Position numbers and translations under genes: made by a program. A stretch of 64,000 nt of DNA, taken from Alphaproteobacteria bacterium (GTDB lineage Bacteria; Pseudomonadota; Alphaproteobacteria; MPNO01). Of this stretch, positions 9,994 to 20,358 are shown piece by piece (position 1 is the stretch's first letter; every line of letters starts with the position of its first letter). The notes under the pieces are model-generated. The model was not told the origin of the DNA. It did no database searches and saw only the letters and a list, made by a program, of their open reading frames with translations. Location: NCBI GenBank assembly GCA_965248835.1, contig CBDFLJ010000001.1, positions 384,001 to 448,000 on the forward strand. Direction: 5' to 3'.

Positions 9994-10784
9994 ACATCGC
10001 GCTTTCGCTGCGCGCGCCGCCCGGTGAGTCCGACGATGATCCCGCGCAGTGTGCGAACCTCCTGGTCGGTCAGCTCGGCGCGGGTGAAGATGTTGCGGAT
10101 GTTGCGCACCATGCGCGGGCGCTTGGCCGGCGGGTAGAGGAAACCGCAGGCATCGAGCTCGGTTTCCAGATGGTCGAACAGGTCCTGGATCTCCGCCTGG
10201 CTCGCGGCCCGGGCGCCCTTGCGCATCAGCCGCCCTTCGGCCGGCGGAACGGCCGCGCCGGCCTGGTGCCACTCATAGGCCACCAGCAGCACCGCCTGGG
10301 CGAGGTTGATCGAAGCGTAGGCCGGGTTCGCCGGCACGATCACCAACGCCTCGGCAAGAGCGGCGTCCTCGTTGTCGAGCCCGCTCTTTTCGCGCCCGAA
10401 AAGGAGCGCCGTGCGCTCGCCGCGGATCCGATATTCGCGCATTCGCGCCGCGGCCTCGTTGGGGTTCAGGACCGGCTTGACCATGTCGCGCACCCGGGCG
10501 GTGGTGGCGAGCACGTGCGAGACATCGCCAAGTGCCGCTGCGGTGGTCTCGAACAGGCGCGCATCGGCGAGCACCGCATCGGCACCCGAAGCAGTGTTGA
10601 TCGCCTTCTGGTTGGGCCAATCCCCGCGTGGAGCGACCAGGCGCATTTCGGTCAATCCGAAATTGAGCATCGCGCGCGCCGCCGCACCCACATTCTCGCC
10701 GAGCTGCGGCTTGACCAGGACGACGATCGGACTATTCGGATCGGCCGCCGCGACCGCCCTCCGGCTGCGGTCGGTCCCAGCCAT
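9990..10784 (-). CDS. trmJ: tRNA methyltransferase TrmJ/LasT (SPOUT) family
   Basis: [27 protein letters not shown] and SINLAQAV motifs. Confidence 0.85.
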   Translation of the reverse strand: MAGTDRSRRAVAAADPNSPIVVLVKPQLGENVGAAARAMLNFGLTEMRLVAPRGDWPNQKAINTASGADAVLADARLFETTAAALGDVSHVLATTARVRDMVKPVLNPNEAAARMREYRIRGERTALLFGREKSGLDNEDAALAEALVIVPANPAYASINLAQAVLLVAYEWHQAGAAVPPAEGRLMRKGARAASQAEIQDLFDHLETELDACGFLYPPAKRPRMVRNIRNIFTRAELTDQEVRTLRGIIVGLTGRRAQRKRDV

Positions 10785-10835
10785 CAAGCCCTTTCCCCGT
10801 GCGGTGGCGCTGGTCGGGCTGAACACCGCAACGGT

Positions 10836-12431
10836 CTATGCCGCCGAAGCGCCGTCGCGGAGCAGCTTGTAGGTGATCGAGTCGTTGAGCGCGTTGTAGG
10901 AGGCATCGATCACGTTGGTCGAAACCCCGATCGATGACCAGCTTTGCTCGATCGGGTCGGCGCTTTCGATCATCACCCGGGTGACCGCTTCGGTGCCCGC
11001 CTCTGGCGTCAGAATCCGGACCTTGTAGTCGACTAGGCGCATGTCCGCGAGCCCGGGATAGATCGGGATCAGCACCTTTCGCAGCGCGTTGTCGAGCGCA
11101 TTCACCGGGCCGTTGCCTTCGGCGACCGCCATATGGCGGTCGTTGCCCATGTCGACCTTGACGGTGGCCTCGGACAGCGTGATCAGCTCGCCCCGGGCGT
11201 TCCAGCGGCGCTCGTCGAACACCCGGAAGCCGTGGAGCTGGAAGTATTCCGGCACCTGGCCGAGCACCCGACGGGCCAGAAGCTCGAAGCTTGCGCCTGC
11301 GCCGTCGTAGGCATAGCCCTCGAACTCGCGGCGCTTGACCTCCTCCAGGAGCCGCGGGACCTTGGCGTTGCCGGGATCGATCTCAAGCCCGATCTCGCGG
11401 AACCGGGCCAGGATGTTCGACCGGCCGGCCTGGTCGGAGACCACGATATGGCGCTGGTTGCCGACCAGGGCGGGATCGACGTGCTCGTAGGTTCTGGGGT
11501 CCTTTTCGACCGCGGAGACGTGCAGCCCGCCCTTGTGGGCGAACGCGGATTCGCCGACATAGGCGGCGTTCCTGGCCGGCGCCCGGTCGAGCCGCTCATC
11601 CAGCAGGCGGGAGACCGCGGTCAGACGGGAGAGCCCGTCGGCATCCAGCCCGGTCTCGAAGCCCATCTTCAGCATCAGGGACGGGATGATCGCCACCAGG
11701 TTGGCGTTGCCGCAGCGTTCGCCCAGGCCGTTGAGCGTCCCCTGGATCTGGCGCGCGCCGGCCCGGACGGCGGCCAGGCTGTTGGCGACCGCGTTCTCGG
11801 TGTCGTTGTGGCAGTGAATGCCGAGACGGTTGCCGGGAACCATTTCGGCCACCTGGCCGACGATCCGCTCGATCTCGTCGGGCAGCGTGCCGCCGTTGGT
11901 GTCGCACAACACGATCCAGCGGGCGTCGGACTCATGGGCGGCTTTGACACAGGCCAGCGCGAATTCGGGATCGGCCTTGTAGCCGTCGAAGAAATGCTCG
12001 GCATCGAACATCACCTCGTCCTTGTGGCGGCCGAGGTGGGCGACGCTGTCGGCGATCATCGCGATGTTCTCGTCCTTGGAGATGCCGAGCGCGACGTCGA
12101 CGTGGAAGTCCCAGGTCTTGCCGACGATGCAGGCGACCGGCGCCCTGGCGTCGGTCAGCCCCGCCAGCCCGGGGTCGTTTTCGGCGCTGCGCCCGGGGCG
12201 CCGGGTCATCCCGAAAGCGGTCAGCCGCGCCCGCGCGAGGGCCGGCGGGCCGGCGAAGAACGCATCATCGGTCGGGTTCGCTCCAGGCCAGCCGCCCTCG
12301 ATATAGTCGATCCCCAGCCGGTCGAGGGCCCGCGCGATCGCCACCTTGTCGGCGACTCCGAAATCCACCCCTTGGGTCTGCGCTCCATCGCGCAGCGTGG
12401 AATCGAACAGGTAAACGCGGTTGTCCGACAT
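10836..12431 (-). CDS. cimA: Citramalate synthase
   Basis: DSTLRDGAQ, EGGWPGANP, FDAEHFFDG, HCHND and AHKGGLH motifs. Confidence 0.92.
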   Translation of the reverse strand: MSDNRVYLFDSTLRDGAQTQGVDFGVADKVAIARALDRLGIDYIEGGWPGANPTDDAFFAGPPALARARLTAFGMTRRPGRSAENDPGLAGLTDARAPVACIVGKTWDFHVDVALGISKDENIAMIADSVAHLGRHKDEVMFDAEHFFDGYKADPEFALACVKAAHESDARWIVLCDTNGGTLPDEIERIVGQVAEMVPGNRLGIHCHNDTENAVANSLAAVRAGARQIQGTLNGLGERCGNANLVAIIPSLMLKMGFETGLDADGLSRLTAVSRLLDERLDRAPARNAAYVGESAFAHKGGLHVSAVEKDPRTYEHVDPALVGNQRHIVVSDQAGRSNILARFREIGLEIDPGNAKVPRLLEEVKRREFEGYAYDGAGASFELLARRVLGQVPEYFQLHGFRVFDERRWNARGELITLSEATVKVDMGNDRHMAVAEGNGPVNALDNALRKVLIPIYPGLADMRLVDYKVRILTPEAGTEAVTRVMIESADPIEQSWSSIGVSTNVIDASYNALNDSITYKLLRDGASAA

Positions 12432-13816
12432 TATTGGCGCCTCCAGTCGGTCGTTCCGTCCGGACGGTCGAGGACGACGACGTTGTGCTTTTCGACGAGC
12501 TCCTCGCGCAGCCGGTCCGCTTCGGCGAAATCGCGGGCGGCGCGAGCGGCCGCGCGGGCGGCGACCAGGAGGTCGATCTCCGAGGACGCGCCGTGCTTGA
12601 GCCAGGCTTCGGGATCCTGATCCAGCAAGCCGAGCAGAGTGCCGGAGAAGGCGAGCGCGGCCTTGAGCCTCGCGCGCTCCTCGGCCGAGGCGGCCTTGTT
12701 GAGCGCCGAGGCGATCTCGTGCATTCCCGCAATTGCGCGCGGCGTGTTGAGGTCGTCCTCGAGCGCGGCGACCACCGGAGCGGCGCGCTCCGGCACGGCC
12801 CGGTCCTCAGGCGGGCCCTGGATGTCGCCGGCGTCGGCCAACGCGCCGTAGAGCCGGTCGAGAGCCGCTCTGGCGCGCGCGATGCCGTCGAGGGAATAGT
12901 CGAGCGGCTGGCGGTAGTGGGCGGCAAGCAGGCCGAGCCGGATCGCCTCGCCGGGGGCGCGGTCCAGGAGGTCGTGTACGGTGAGAAAGTTGCCGAGCGA
13001 CTTCGACATCTTCTCGCCGTCCACCGTCACGTAGCCGTTGTGCATCCAGTGGCGCACGAAGGTCTTGCCGTGGTGGGCGCAGGTCGACTGGGCAATCTCG
13101 TTCTCGTGATGGGGAAAGATCAGGTCCTGGCCGCCGCCGTGGATGTCGAAGGTCTCGCCCAGGTGTTTCCCGGACATGGCCGAGCACTCCAGGTGCCAGC
13201 CGGGCCTACCGCGGCCCCACGGGCTGTCCCAGCCGGGTTGGGCGGCATCGGCGGGCTTCCACAGGATGAAGTCGGCGGGGTCCTTCTTGTAGGGTGCGAC
13301 TTCGACCCGGGCGCCGGCAATCAGCTCGTCCCGGCTGTGGCGGGACAGCGCGCCGTACGCCGCCATCGTCGCGACCGAGAACAACACATGGCCGTCGGCA
13401 GTGTAGGCATGGCCCGAGGCGATGAGCGTTTCGATCATGGCGATCATCTCGGCGATGTGATCGGTCGCCTTGGGCTCGATGTCGGGAGGCAGGGCGCCGA
13501 GCGCCGCCATGTCCCGGCGGAAGGTCTCGGCGAAACGCGTCGTAATCGCCTCGATCGGCTCGCCGGTCTGCTGTGCGGCGGCGATGATCTTGTCGTCGAT
13601 GTCGGTGATGTTGCGGACATAGGTGACATGCGCCGCCCCATAGAGATGGCGCAGCAGGCGGTAGAGCACATCGAAGACCACGACCGGGCGCGCGTTGCCG
13701 ATATGGGCGAAGTCGTAGACCGTCGGCCCGCAGACATAGACCCGGACGTTCCCGGGATCGAGCGGCGTGAAGGGTTGCTTTGCGCGGCTGAGCGTATCGT
13801 AGAGGCTCAAGGCCAT
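12431..13816 (-). CDS. cysS: Cysteine--tRNA ligase
   Basis: CGPTVY, HIGN, GWHLECS and KMSKS motifs. Confidence 0.97.
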   Translation of the reverse strand: MALSLYDTLSRAKQPFTPLDPGNVRVYVCGPTVYDFAHIGNARPVVVFDVLYRLLRHLYGAAHVTYVRNITDIDDKIIAAAQQTGEPIEAITTRFAETFRRDMAALGALPPDIEPKATDHIAEMIAMIETLIASGHAYTADGHVLFSVATMAAYGALSRHSRDELIAGARVEVAPYKKDPADFILWKPADAAQPGWDSPWGRGRPGWHLECSAMSGKHLGETFDIHGGGQDLIFPHHENEIAQSTCAHHGKTFVRHWMHNGYVTVDGEKMSKSLGNFLTVHDLLDRAPGEAIRLGLLAAHYRQPLDYSLDGIARARAALDRLYGALADAGDIQGPPEDRAVPERAAPVVAALEDDLNTPRAIAGMHEIASALNKAASAEERARLKAALAFSGTLLGLLDQDPEAWLKHGASSEIDLLVAARAAARAARDFAEADRLREELVEKHNVVVLDRPDGTTDWRRQ

Positions 13817-13818
13817 GC

Positions 13819-15484
13819 TCAGGCCCTGCCCTTGAAGGCGTTCACGATCGGGTAGCGCCGGTCGCGGCCGAAGGACCGGCGGGTGATCTTCACGCCGGGC
13901 GGTGCCTGGCGGCGCTTGTACTCCGCGCCCAGCAGCATGCGCCAGACCCGCAGCACCAGCGGGCGCTCGAACCCGGTGTGCTCCATCGTCGCGTCGACGC
14001 CCATGTCACGCTCGATCAGGCAGTCGAGGATGGCATCGAGCACGTCATAGGGCGGCAGCGTGTCGTCGTCGCGTTGATCCGCCTTGAGCTCGGCCGAGGG
14101 CGGCTTGGTGATCACCGTCTCGGGGATGACGGCGCCGGCCGGGCCGAGGGCGCCTTGGGGGCGGTTCTCGTTGCGCCAGCGGCAGAGCGCGAAGACCATG
14201 GTCTTGTAGACGTCCTTGAGCACCGAATAGCCGCCGCACATGTCACCGTAGAGAGTCGCATAGCCGACCGACATCTCGGATTTGTTGCCGGTCGAGACCA
14301 CCATCGCGCCGGTCTTGTTGGACAGCGCCATCAGCGCCAGCCCGCGGGCGCGTGCCTGAATGTTCTCCTCGGTGGTGTCCGGCGGCAGGTTGCCGAAGAC
14401 CGGCCGCAGCATGGACTCGAAGGCCTCCATCGCCGGGCCGATCGAGATGGTGTCGAGCGCGACGCCGAGTGCGGCGGCGGTGGCGGCCGCGTCCCGCAGG
14501 CTCTCGGCCGAGGTATAGGGCGACGGCATCATCACGCAGCGCACCCGGTCCGGGACCCAGCGCATCGGCCGCGACCGCAGCGGTCAGCGCCGAGTCGATG
14601 CCGCCGGAAAGCCCGATGATCACGCCGGGAAAGCCGTTCTTGACGACGTAGTCCCGCAGGCCGAGCGTCATCGCCTCGTAGACCGAGGCAAGCCCCGTCT
14701 CGGGCGCATGGCGCGCGGCGGTCTCGCAGTTCCAGGCGCCGTTCTCGCGGGCCCAGCGCGTGGGCAGCAGCGCCTCGCGCCAGCTCGGCGCCTGGGCGCG
14801 GAGCGCGGCATCGCCGCCGAGCACGAACGAGCCGCCGTCGAAGACCAGCTCGTCCTGTCCGCCGATCTGGTTGACGTAAATCATCGGCAAGCGCGATTCG
14901 ATCACCCGCGAGACCGCGAGGTTGAGCCGCTGGTCGGTCTTGTCCACCTCGTAAGGCGAGCCGTTGATCACCACCAGGATCTCCGCGCCCGACTCTTCGA
15001 GGCATTCGACGACCTCTTCGGTCCACATATCTTCGCACACCATCACGCCCAGGCGGACCCCGCGGAAGTTGATCGGTCCGGGCAGAGGGCCGGCGGCGAA
15101 GACGCGCTTTTCGTCGAACACGCCGTAATTTGGCAGGTCGTGCTTGCGCCTTATGTCGGCGATCCTGCCGTCATCGAGCAGGACGGCGGCGTTGTAGACC
15201 GCACCGTTCTCTTCCCACGGCGTTCCGACCAGCATGCCCGGCCCGCCCGCGAGGGTCTCGGCGGCCAGCGCCCGGAGCTCGCGCAGGACCGTCTCCTGGA
15301 AGGACGGGCGGACCACCAGATCTTCGGGCGGATACCCCGACAGCGCCAGCTCGGTGGTCACCACCAGGTCGGCGCCCATGTCGGCCGCCTCGCTCCGCGC
15401 GGCGCTCAGCCGCCGGGCATTGCCCACCACGTCGCCCACCGTCGGATTGAGCTGGGCAAGGACGATTGTCAGCCCGTCGGTCAT
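13819..15484 (-). CDS. nadE: Glutamine-dependent NAD+ synthetase, split by a +1 frameshift near 14552
   Basis: Nitrilase domain (LPNYGVFDEKR, VCED) plus GLSGGIDS in ORF 14243-15484. The synthetase domain continues (ENIQAR, TGNKSE, PPSAEL) in ORF 13819-14565. One extra base in GGT CCC GGA CCG versus the expected GGT CCG GAC CGG. Confidence 0.9.
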
Positions 15485-15508
15485 CGTCGAACGGCGTTTC
15501 CGGCGTCG

Positions 15509-16897
15509 CTATTCCGCGGCAACGGTGTGGCGGGCGGTGCCATCGGCCCGGTCGCGTTCGGCTTTCAGCGCCTCGGCCACCAGGAAGGCGAGCTCGAGCG
15601 ACTGGCTGGCATTGAGCCGCGGGTCGCAATGGGTGTGATAGCGGTCGCCGAGATTGGCCTCGGTGACGGCCTGGGTGCCGCCGATGCACTCGGTGACGTT
15701 CTGCCCGGTGAGCTCGACATGGATGCCGCCGGCATGCGTCCCCTCGGCGCGGTGGACGGCGAAGAAATCGCGCACCTCCGACAGCACGGATTCGAAAAGC
15801 CGGGTCTTGAAGCCGTTCCCGGCCTTGACGGTGTTGCCGTGCATCGGATCGCAGGCCCAGACCACCCTGCGCCCTTCGCGCGCGACCGCGCGGACCAACG
15901 CGGGGAGCTTGTCGGCGACCCGGTCGGCGCCCATCCGGGCATACAGCGTCAGCCGGCCGGGCAGGTTCGCCGGGTCCAGCCGGTCGATCAGCCGCAGCAG
16001 GTCATCGGCCTGGAGCGTCGGGCCGGCCTTGAGGCCCAGGGGGTTGGCCACCCCGCGCAGGAACTCGACATGGGCCTCGTCGATCTGGCGCGTCCGGTCG
16101 CCGATCCACAGCAGATGGGCCGAGGTGTCGTACCAATCCCCGGTCGTCGAATCGACCCGGGTCATCGCCTCCTCGTAGCCGAGCAGCAGCGCCTCGTGCG
16201 AGGTGTAGAAATCGGTCTCACGGATCTGCGCGACCGTGTCCGAGGTCAGCCCGCAGGCCGCCATGAAGCGCAGCGTCTCATCGAGCCGGTTGGCGAGGTC
16301 CGCATAGCGGTCGGCCATCCCGTTGGCAACGAAATCGAGGTTCCAGCGGTGGATCTCGTGGAGGTCCGCATAGCCGCCCTGAGCGAAGGCGCGCAGCAGG
16401 TTGAGCGTCGCCGCAGACTGGTTGTAGGCCTGGATCATGCGATCGGGATCGGGCACGCGGGCGGCGGCGGTGAACGGCATGTCGTTGATCATGTCGCCGC
16501 GGTAGCTCGGCAGCTCCACCTCGTCGACGGTTTCGGTATCGGACGAGCGCGGCTTGGCGAACTGGCCGGCGAGGCGGCCGATCTTGACCACCGGGACACC
16601 GCCGCCGAACACCAGCACGACGGCCATCTGCAGCAGCACTCGGAAGGTGTCGCGGATGTTGTCGGGGTGAAACTCCGCGAAGCTCTCGGCGCAGTCGCCG
16701 CCCTGCAGCAGGAAGGCCCTGCCGTCTGCGACATCGGCGAGTTGGCTTTGCAGCCGGCGCGCCTCGCCCGCGAAGACCAGCGGCGGATAGCCCCGAAGGC
16801 GGCCTTCGGCAGCCTCCAGCGCAGCCGGATCAGCGTATTCCGGCACCTGGCGGATCGGCTTGGAACGCCAGCCGTCGGGGGTCCACTCCCCGCTCAT
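15509..16897 (-). CDS. 3-deoxy-7-phosphoheptulonate (DAHP) synthase class II
   Basis: [33 protein letters not shown] and CDPRLN motifs. Confidence 0.95.
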   Translation of the reverse strand: MSGEWTPDGWRSKPIRQVPEYADPAALEAAEGRLRGYPPLVFAGEARRLQSQLADVADGRAFLLQGGDCAESFAEFHPDNIRDTFRVLLQMAVVLVFGGGVPVVKIGRLAGQFAKPRSSDTETVDEVELPSYRGDMINDMPFTAAARVPDPDRMIQAYNQSAATLNLLRAFAQGGYADLHEIHRWNLDFVANGMADRYADLANRLDETLRFMAACGLTSDTVAQIRETDFYTSHEALLLGYEEAMTRVDSTTGDWYDTSAHLLWIGDRTRQIDEAHVEFLRGVANPLGLKAGPTLQADDLLRLIDRLDPANLPGRLTLYARMGADRVADKLPALVRAVAREGRRVVWACDPMHGNTVKAGNGFKTRLFESVLSEVRDFFAVHRAEGTHAGGIHVELTGQNVTECIGGTQAVTEANLGDRYHTHCDPRLNASQSLELAFLVAEALKAERDRADGTARHTVAAE

Positions 16898-17020
16898 CAC
16901 ACCTGTCTCCCTGCAAAACCCCGTACGAGCGGTCGAGCGCGCCGCCCTATACGCGATTACCGGCGATTGTGCCAGCAATTCCTCGCCCGCTCAAACCGCG
17001 GACAGGCGATGCTCGGTCGC

Positions 17021-18397
17021 CTATTCGGCCGCCTGGGCGTCCGGCTCGGCGAGCGGCGTGCGCATGGTCACAAACTCCTCCGCCGAGGTCGGGTGGATGC
17101 CGACCGTGGCGTCGAACTGCGCCTTGGTCGCCCCGCATTTGAGCGCGATGCCGAGCCCCTGGACGATCTCCCCGGCGTCGGATCCTGCCATATGGCAGCC
17201 GAGGACCCGGTCCGTGGCGCGGTCGACGACGATCTTCATCATCGTACGGTCGGCCTTCAGCGTCATGGTATGCTTGAGCGGGCGGAACGTCTCGCGATAG
17301 ACGTCGATGGCGCCGTAGCGCGCCCGCGCGGCCTCTTCGGTAAGACCGACCGTGCCGATATTGGGGTTGGAGAAGACCGCCGTCGGGATGTCGGCATAGT
17401 CCATCGACAGGTCCTTGCCGTCGAACAGATTGGCGGACAGGACCATCGCTTCGCCGATGGCGACCGGGGTGAGTTGGATCCGGTCGGTGACGTCGCCTAT
17501 GGCGTAGACGTTGGCAACGCTGGTCCGGAAATATCCATCGACCATGACCGCGCCGTTGTCGCGCTGGGCGATACCGGCGGCCTCGATACCCATGTCGGCG
17601 ACGTTGGGCACCCGGCCGACGGCGAGCATCACCTGGTCGGCCTCCAGCGTCTCGCCGGTGTCGAGCCTGACCGAAAGCGCGCCGGCGGTCTTGTCGATGC
17701 GCTCGATCTCGGTGCGCCAGCGGATGTCCACGCCGTGGCGCGCCATCTCTTCGGCCAGATGGGTGCGCAAATCGATGTCGAAGCCGCGCATGAACAGCGG
17801 GCCGCGGTAGAGCTGGGTGACCTGCGCACCGTAGCCGTTGAAGATACCGGCGAACTCGACGGCGATATAGCCGCCGCCGACGATGATCACGCGGTCCGGC
17901 CGCTCGGGCAGGTAAAACGCGTCGTCGGAGACGATGGCGTGCTCGATCCCCGGAATGGACAGAAGCTGCGGCCGTCCGCCGGTCGCGATCAGGATATTTT
18001 CAGCCGTCACCGTCTCGCCGCCGACGTCAATCATGTGGGCGTCGCGCAAAACCGCGCGGGCCTCGATGATCCGCACCCGGTTGGTCTCCAGGATCCGCCG
18101 GTAGACGCCGTTGAGCCGCTCGATCTCCTTGTTCTTGTTGGCGATCAACCTCGGCCAATGCAGCTTCGGCGCACCGAGTGTCCAGCCGTAGGCGGCCGCA
18201 TCCTCGGCGTCCTCCGGGTAGTGCGCGCCATAGGCAAAGAGCTTTTTCGGAATACACCCGACATTGACACAAGTCCCCCCGAGGAAGCGCTCCTCGGCGA
18301 TTGCAACGCGCGCGCCATAGGACGCCGACATCCGGGCCGCCCTGACCCCGCCCGACCCCGCGCCGATGACAAACAGATCATAGTCGTAGGCGGCCAT
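17021..18397 (-). CDS. gor: Glutathione-disulfide reductase
   Basis: GAGSGG, GGTCVNVGCIPKK and IHPTSAEE motifs. Confidence 0.95.
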   Translation of the reverse strand: MAAYDYDLFVIGAGSGGVRAARMSASYGARVAIAEERFLGGTCVNVGCIPKKLFAYGAHYPEDAEDAAAYGWTLGAPKLHWPRLIANKNKEIERLNGVYRRILETNRVRIIEARAVLRDAHMIDVGGETVTAENILIATGGRPQLLSIPGIEHAIVSDDAFYLPERPDRVIIVGGGYIAVEFAGIFNGYGAQVTQLYRGPLFMRGFDIDLRTHLAEEMARHGVDIRWRTEIERIDKTAGALSVRLDTGETLEADQVMLAVGRVPNVADMGIEAAGIAQRDNGAVMVDGYFRTSVANVYAIGDVTDRIQLTPVAIGEAMVLSANLFDGKDLSMDYADIPTAVFSNPNIGTVGLTEEAARARYGAIDVYRETFRPLKHTMTLKADRTMMKIVVDRATDRVLGCHMAGSDAGEIVQGLGIALKCGATKAQFDATVGIHPTSAEEFVTMRTPLAEPDAQAAE

Positions 18398-18439
18398 GCG
18401 CACCTCCCGCGGCCTAGGTGCGACGCGGCGGGCCGGTTG

Positions 18440-19891
18440 TCAACGCGCCAATGTCAGCGACAAGCCGGGCTTGCTGATATGGATGCGGTTGCAGTCGCTG
18501 CGCTCGGTGAGCGCGCGGACCAGGCTGACCAGAGGGTGCCGGCCGGTCGGGTAGTCGGCAGGCGGCGGAGCGGCCCTCATCGCTGCGACGTCGTCTTCGC
18601 CGAACAGCCAGCGCAGCACCATTTCCTCATCGGAGATGCCCGCACCGCCGTAGCGGGCGCGCATCGCGGCCAATGTCGGCGGGGGCGCATCCGGACGCGT
18701 CACCTCGGCGGTTCGCGGACGCTGGAGGATGCGCTGGCGGATTTCAGGATCCATCGCCGCGATCGCCTCGGTGCCGTAATAGCCCAGCGCGTACGCGATC
18801 ACCTGGTCGCTAACCTCGCGGTAGCGCTGCCCGGTGATCACGTTGATCGCCGCCTGGCTGCCGACGAACTGGGACAGGGGCGTGACCATCACCGGATAGC
18901 CGAGCTCGGCCCGGACCCGGACCGTCTCCTCCAGGGTCTCCGGCAGCCGATCCGCCATGCCCACCAGGTCGAGTTGATGGGCAAGGTTGGAAATCATCCC
19001 GCCCGGAACCTGGTGGCGGTACTGGGCGGCGTCATAGCGCAATGGCGCGCCGACGGGCAGGCCCTCGCGCGCGGCAATGGTTGCGAAATGCGCCGAGACC
19101 TCTTCCAGGGCTTCCAGATCGACCGCCGGCTCGTAGCCCAGCGCGCGGGCGTTCGCGGCGACATCGAAGACCGAAGGGTTGGACGCGCCGTCCGAGAGCG
19201 GCGGGATCGCGGTGTTGACGATGTCGATCCCGGCCTCGATCGCTTCCAGGCAGCATAGCGGGCCGAGCCCGGTGGTGCAGTGGGTATGGAACTCCACCGG
19301 GATCTCGCCGGCATTGGCGAGCACGATCGGCGCAAGGGAAGCGGTCCGCTTTGGAGTCAGGAGCCCGCCCGGGTCCTTCAGACAGATCCGATAGACCGGC
19401 AGGGCGGCAGCGAGCCGGCAGCGCTCGGCGTAATAATCGTCGGTGTGCACCGGCGAGATCGAGTAGATCAGGTTGAGCACCGGCTTGAGCCCGGCATCGT
19501 TTGCCGCATCGACGCGGCGCTTCCAGCCTTCGAGCCCGTTCCACGGGTCGGACAGCCGGACCTCGGCGATGCCGTTCTTCGCGCACAGCGCGAGGAACAG
19601 CCCGAACATCTCCGGCGGCTCGTCCTCGAAGGTGTTGATGCGGCCCGCGACCAACCGCAGCGGGGTGTCGGGCGTGCGCCCGGCAATCAGCCGCATGCGC
19701 TCGAACGGATCGTCCTTCAGGTCGCGGACGGCCTTGCCCAACTGTCCGTCGGAGATGAGCTCGATCGCATCGAAGCCCGCGCCGTCGAGCCGCGCCGCGA
19801 CCGGCATCATCATCGCGGTGGTCATCGACGAGGCCCACAGGCTGAGCGGGCCGTCGCGGAGCGTGCAGTCGACGAAGCGGATCGCACTCAC
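18440..19891 (-). CDS. Stand-alone carboxyltransferase (pyruvate carboxylase B / oxaloacetate decarboxylase alpha-like)
   Basis: DCTLRDG, CLKDPGG, HTHCTTG, HQVPGGMISN and GYPVMVTPLSQ motifs; no fused biotinyl domain. Confidence 0.82.
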   Translation of the reverse strand: MSAIRFVDCTLRDGPLSLWASSMTTAMMMPVAARLDGAGFDAIELISDGQLGKAVRDLKDDPFERMRLIAGRTPDTPLRLVAGRINTFEDEPPEMFGLFLALCAKNGIAEVRLSDPWNGLEGWKRRVDAANDAGLKPVLNLIYSISPVHTDDYYAERCRLAAALPVYRICLKDPGGLLTPKRTASLAPIVLANAGEIPVEFHTHCTTGLGPLCCLEAIEAGIDIVNTAIPPLSDGASNPSVFDVAANARALGYEPAVDLEALEEVSAHFATIAAREGLPVGAPLRYDAAQYRHQVPGGMISNLAHQLDLVGMADRLPETLEETVRVRAELGYPVMVTPLSQFVGSQAAINVITGQRYREVSDQVIAYALGYYGTEAIAAMDPEIRQRILQRPRTAEVTRPDAPPPTLAAMRARYGGAGISDEEMVLRWLFGEDDVAAMRAAPPPADYPTGRHPLVSLVRALTERSDCNRIHISKPGLSLTLAR

Positions 19892-20349
19892 GGCGCCGGC
19901 TCGATCCCGAACAACGGCTGACCGTACTCGACCGATTGGCCGTCGGCGACGAGGATTTCCGCGATCACGCCGGCGGAGTCCGCGGCCACGGCGGTGAAGA
20001 CCTTCATCACCTCGACCAGCCCGACGGTGGTACCCGGCTCCACACGCGCGCCCTTTTCGACGAAGGGCGCCGCGCCGGGGTTGGGACCCGCATAGAAGGT
20101 GCCGACCATGGGCGATTGCACGGCGACCAGCCCGGGCCGCAACGCGGCGACGCTCGGTGGCGGCGGCGGTGACGGCGCGGATCGGGCGGCCGGGTGCGTG
20201 GGTTGACCGGCCGGCGCGGCGGTTGCCGGCCGGTAGCCGCCTTTGGCCACCGAGAGCTTGAGCGAGCCTGTCTCGAGTTCGAAGAAGTCGAAGTTCGACC
20301 TGTCGATCAGCTCGAGGATCTCGCGGACCTCTTCTTCGGTCAGCTCCAT
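19888..20349 (-). CDS. Biotin carboxyl carrier protein (AccB-like)
   Basis: SPMVGTFY, EVMKV biotinylation motif and VEYGQPLF. Confidence 0.9.
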   Translation of the reverse strand: MELTEEEVREILELIDRSNFDFFELETGSLKLSVAKGGYRPATAAPAGQPTHPAARSAPSPPPPPSVAALRPGLVAVQSPMVGTFYAGPNPGAAPFVEKGARVEPGTTVGLVEVMKVFTAVAADSAGVIAEILVADGQSVEYGQPLFGIEPAP

Positions 20350-20358
20350 GCCGTCCGC

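Noticed and set aside
14708-19258. 1516-aa ORF on the + strand
   Set aside because: Antisense shadow of nadE, DAHP synthase, gor and the carboxyltransferase; no recognisable motifs; typical of high-GC codon bias.
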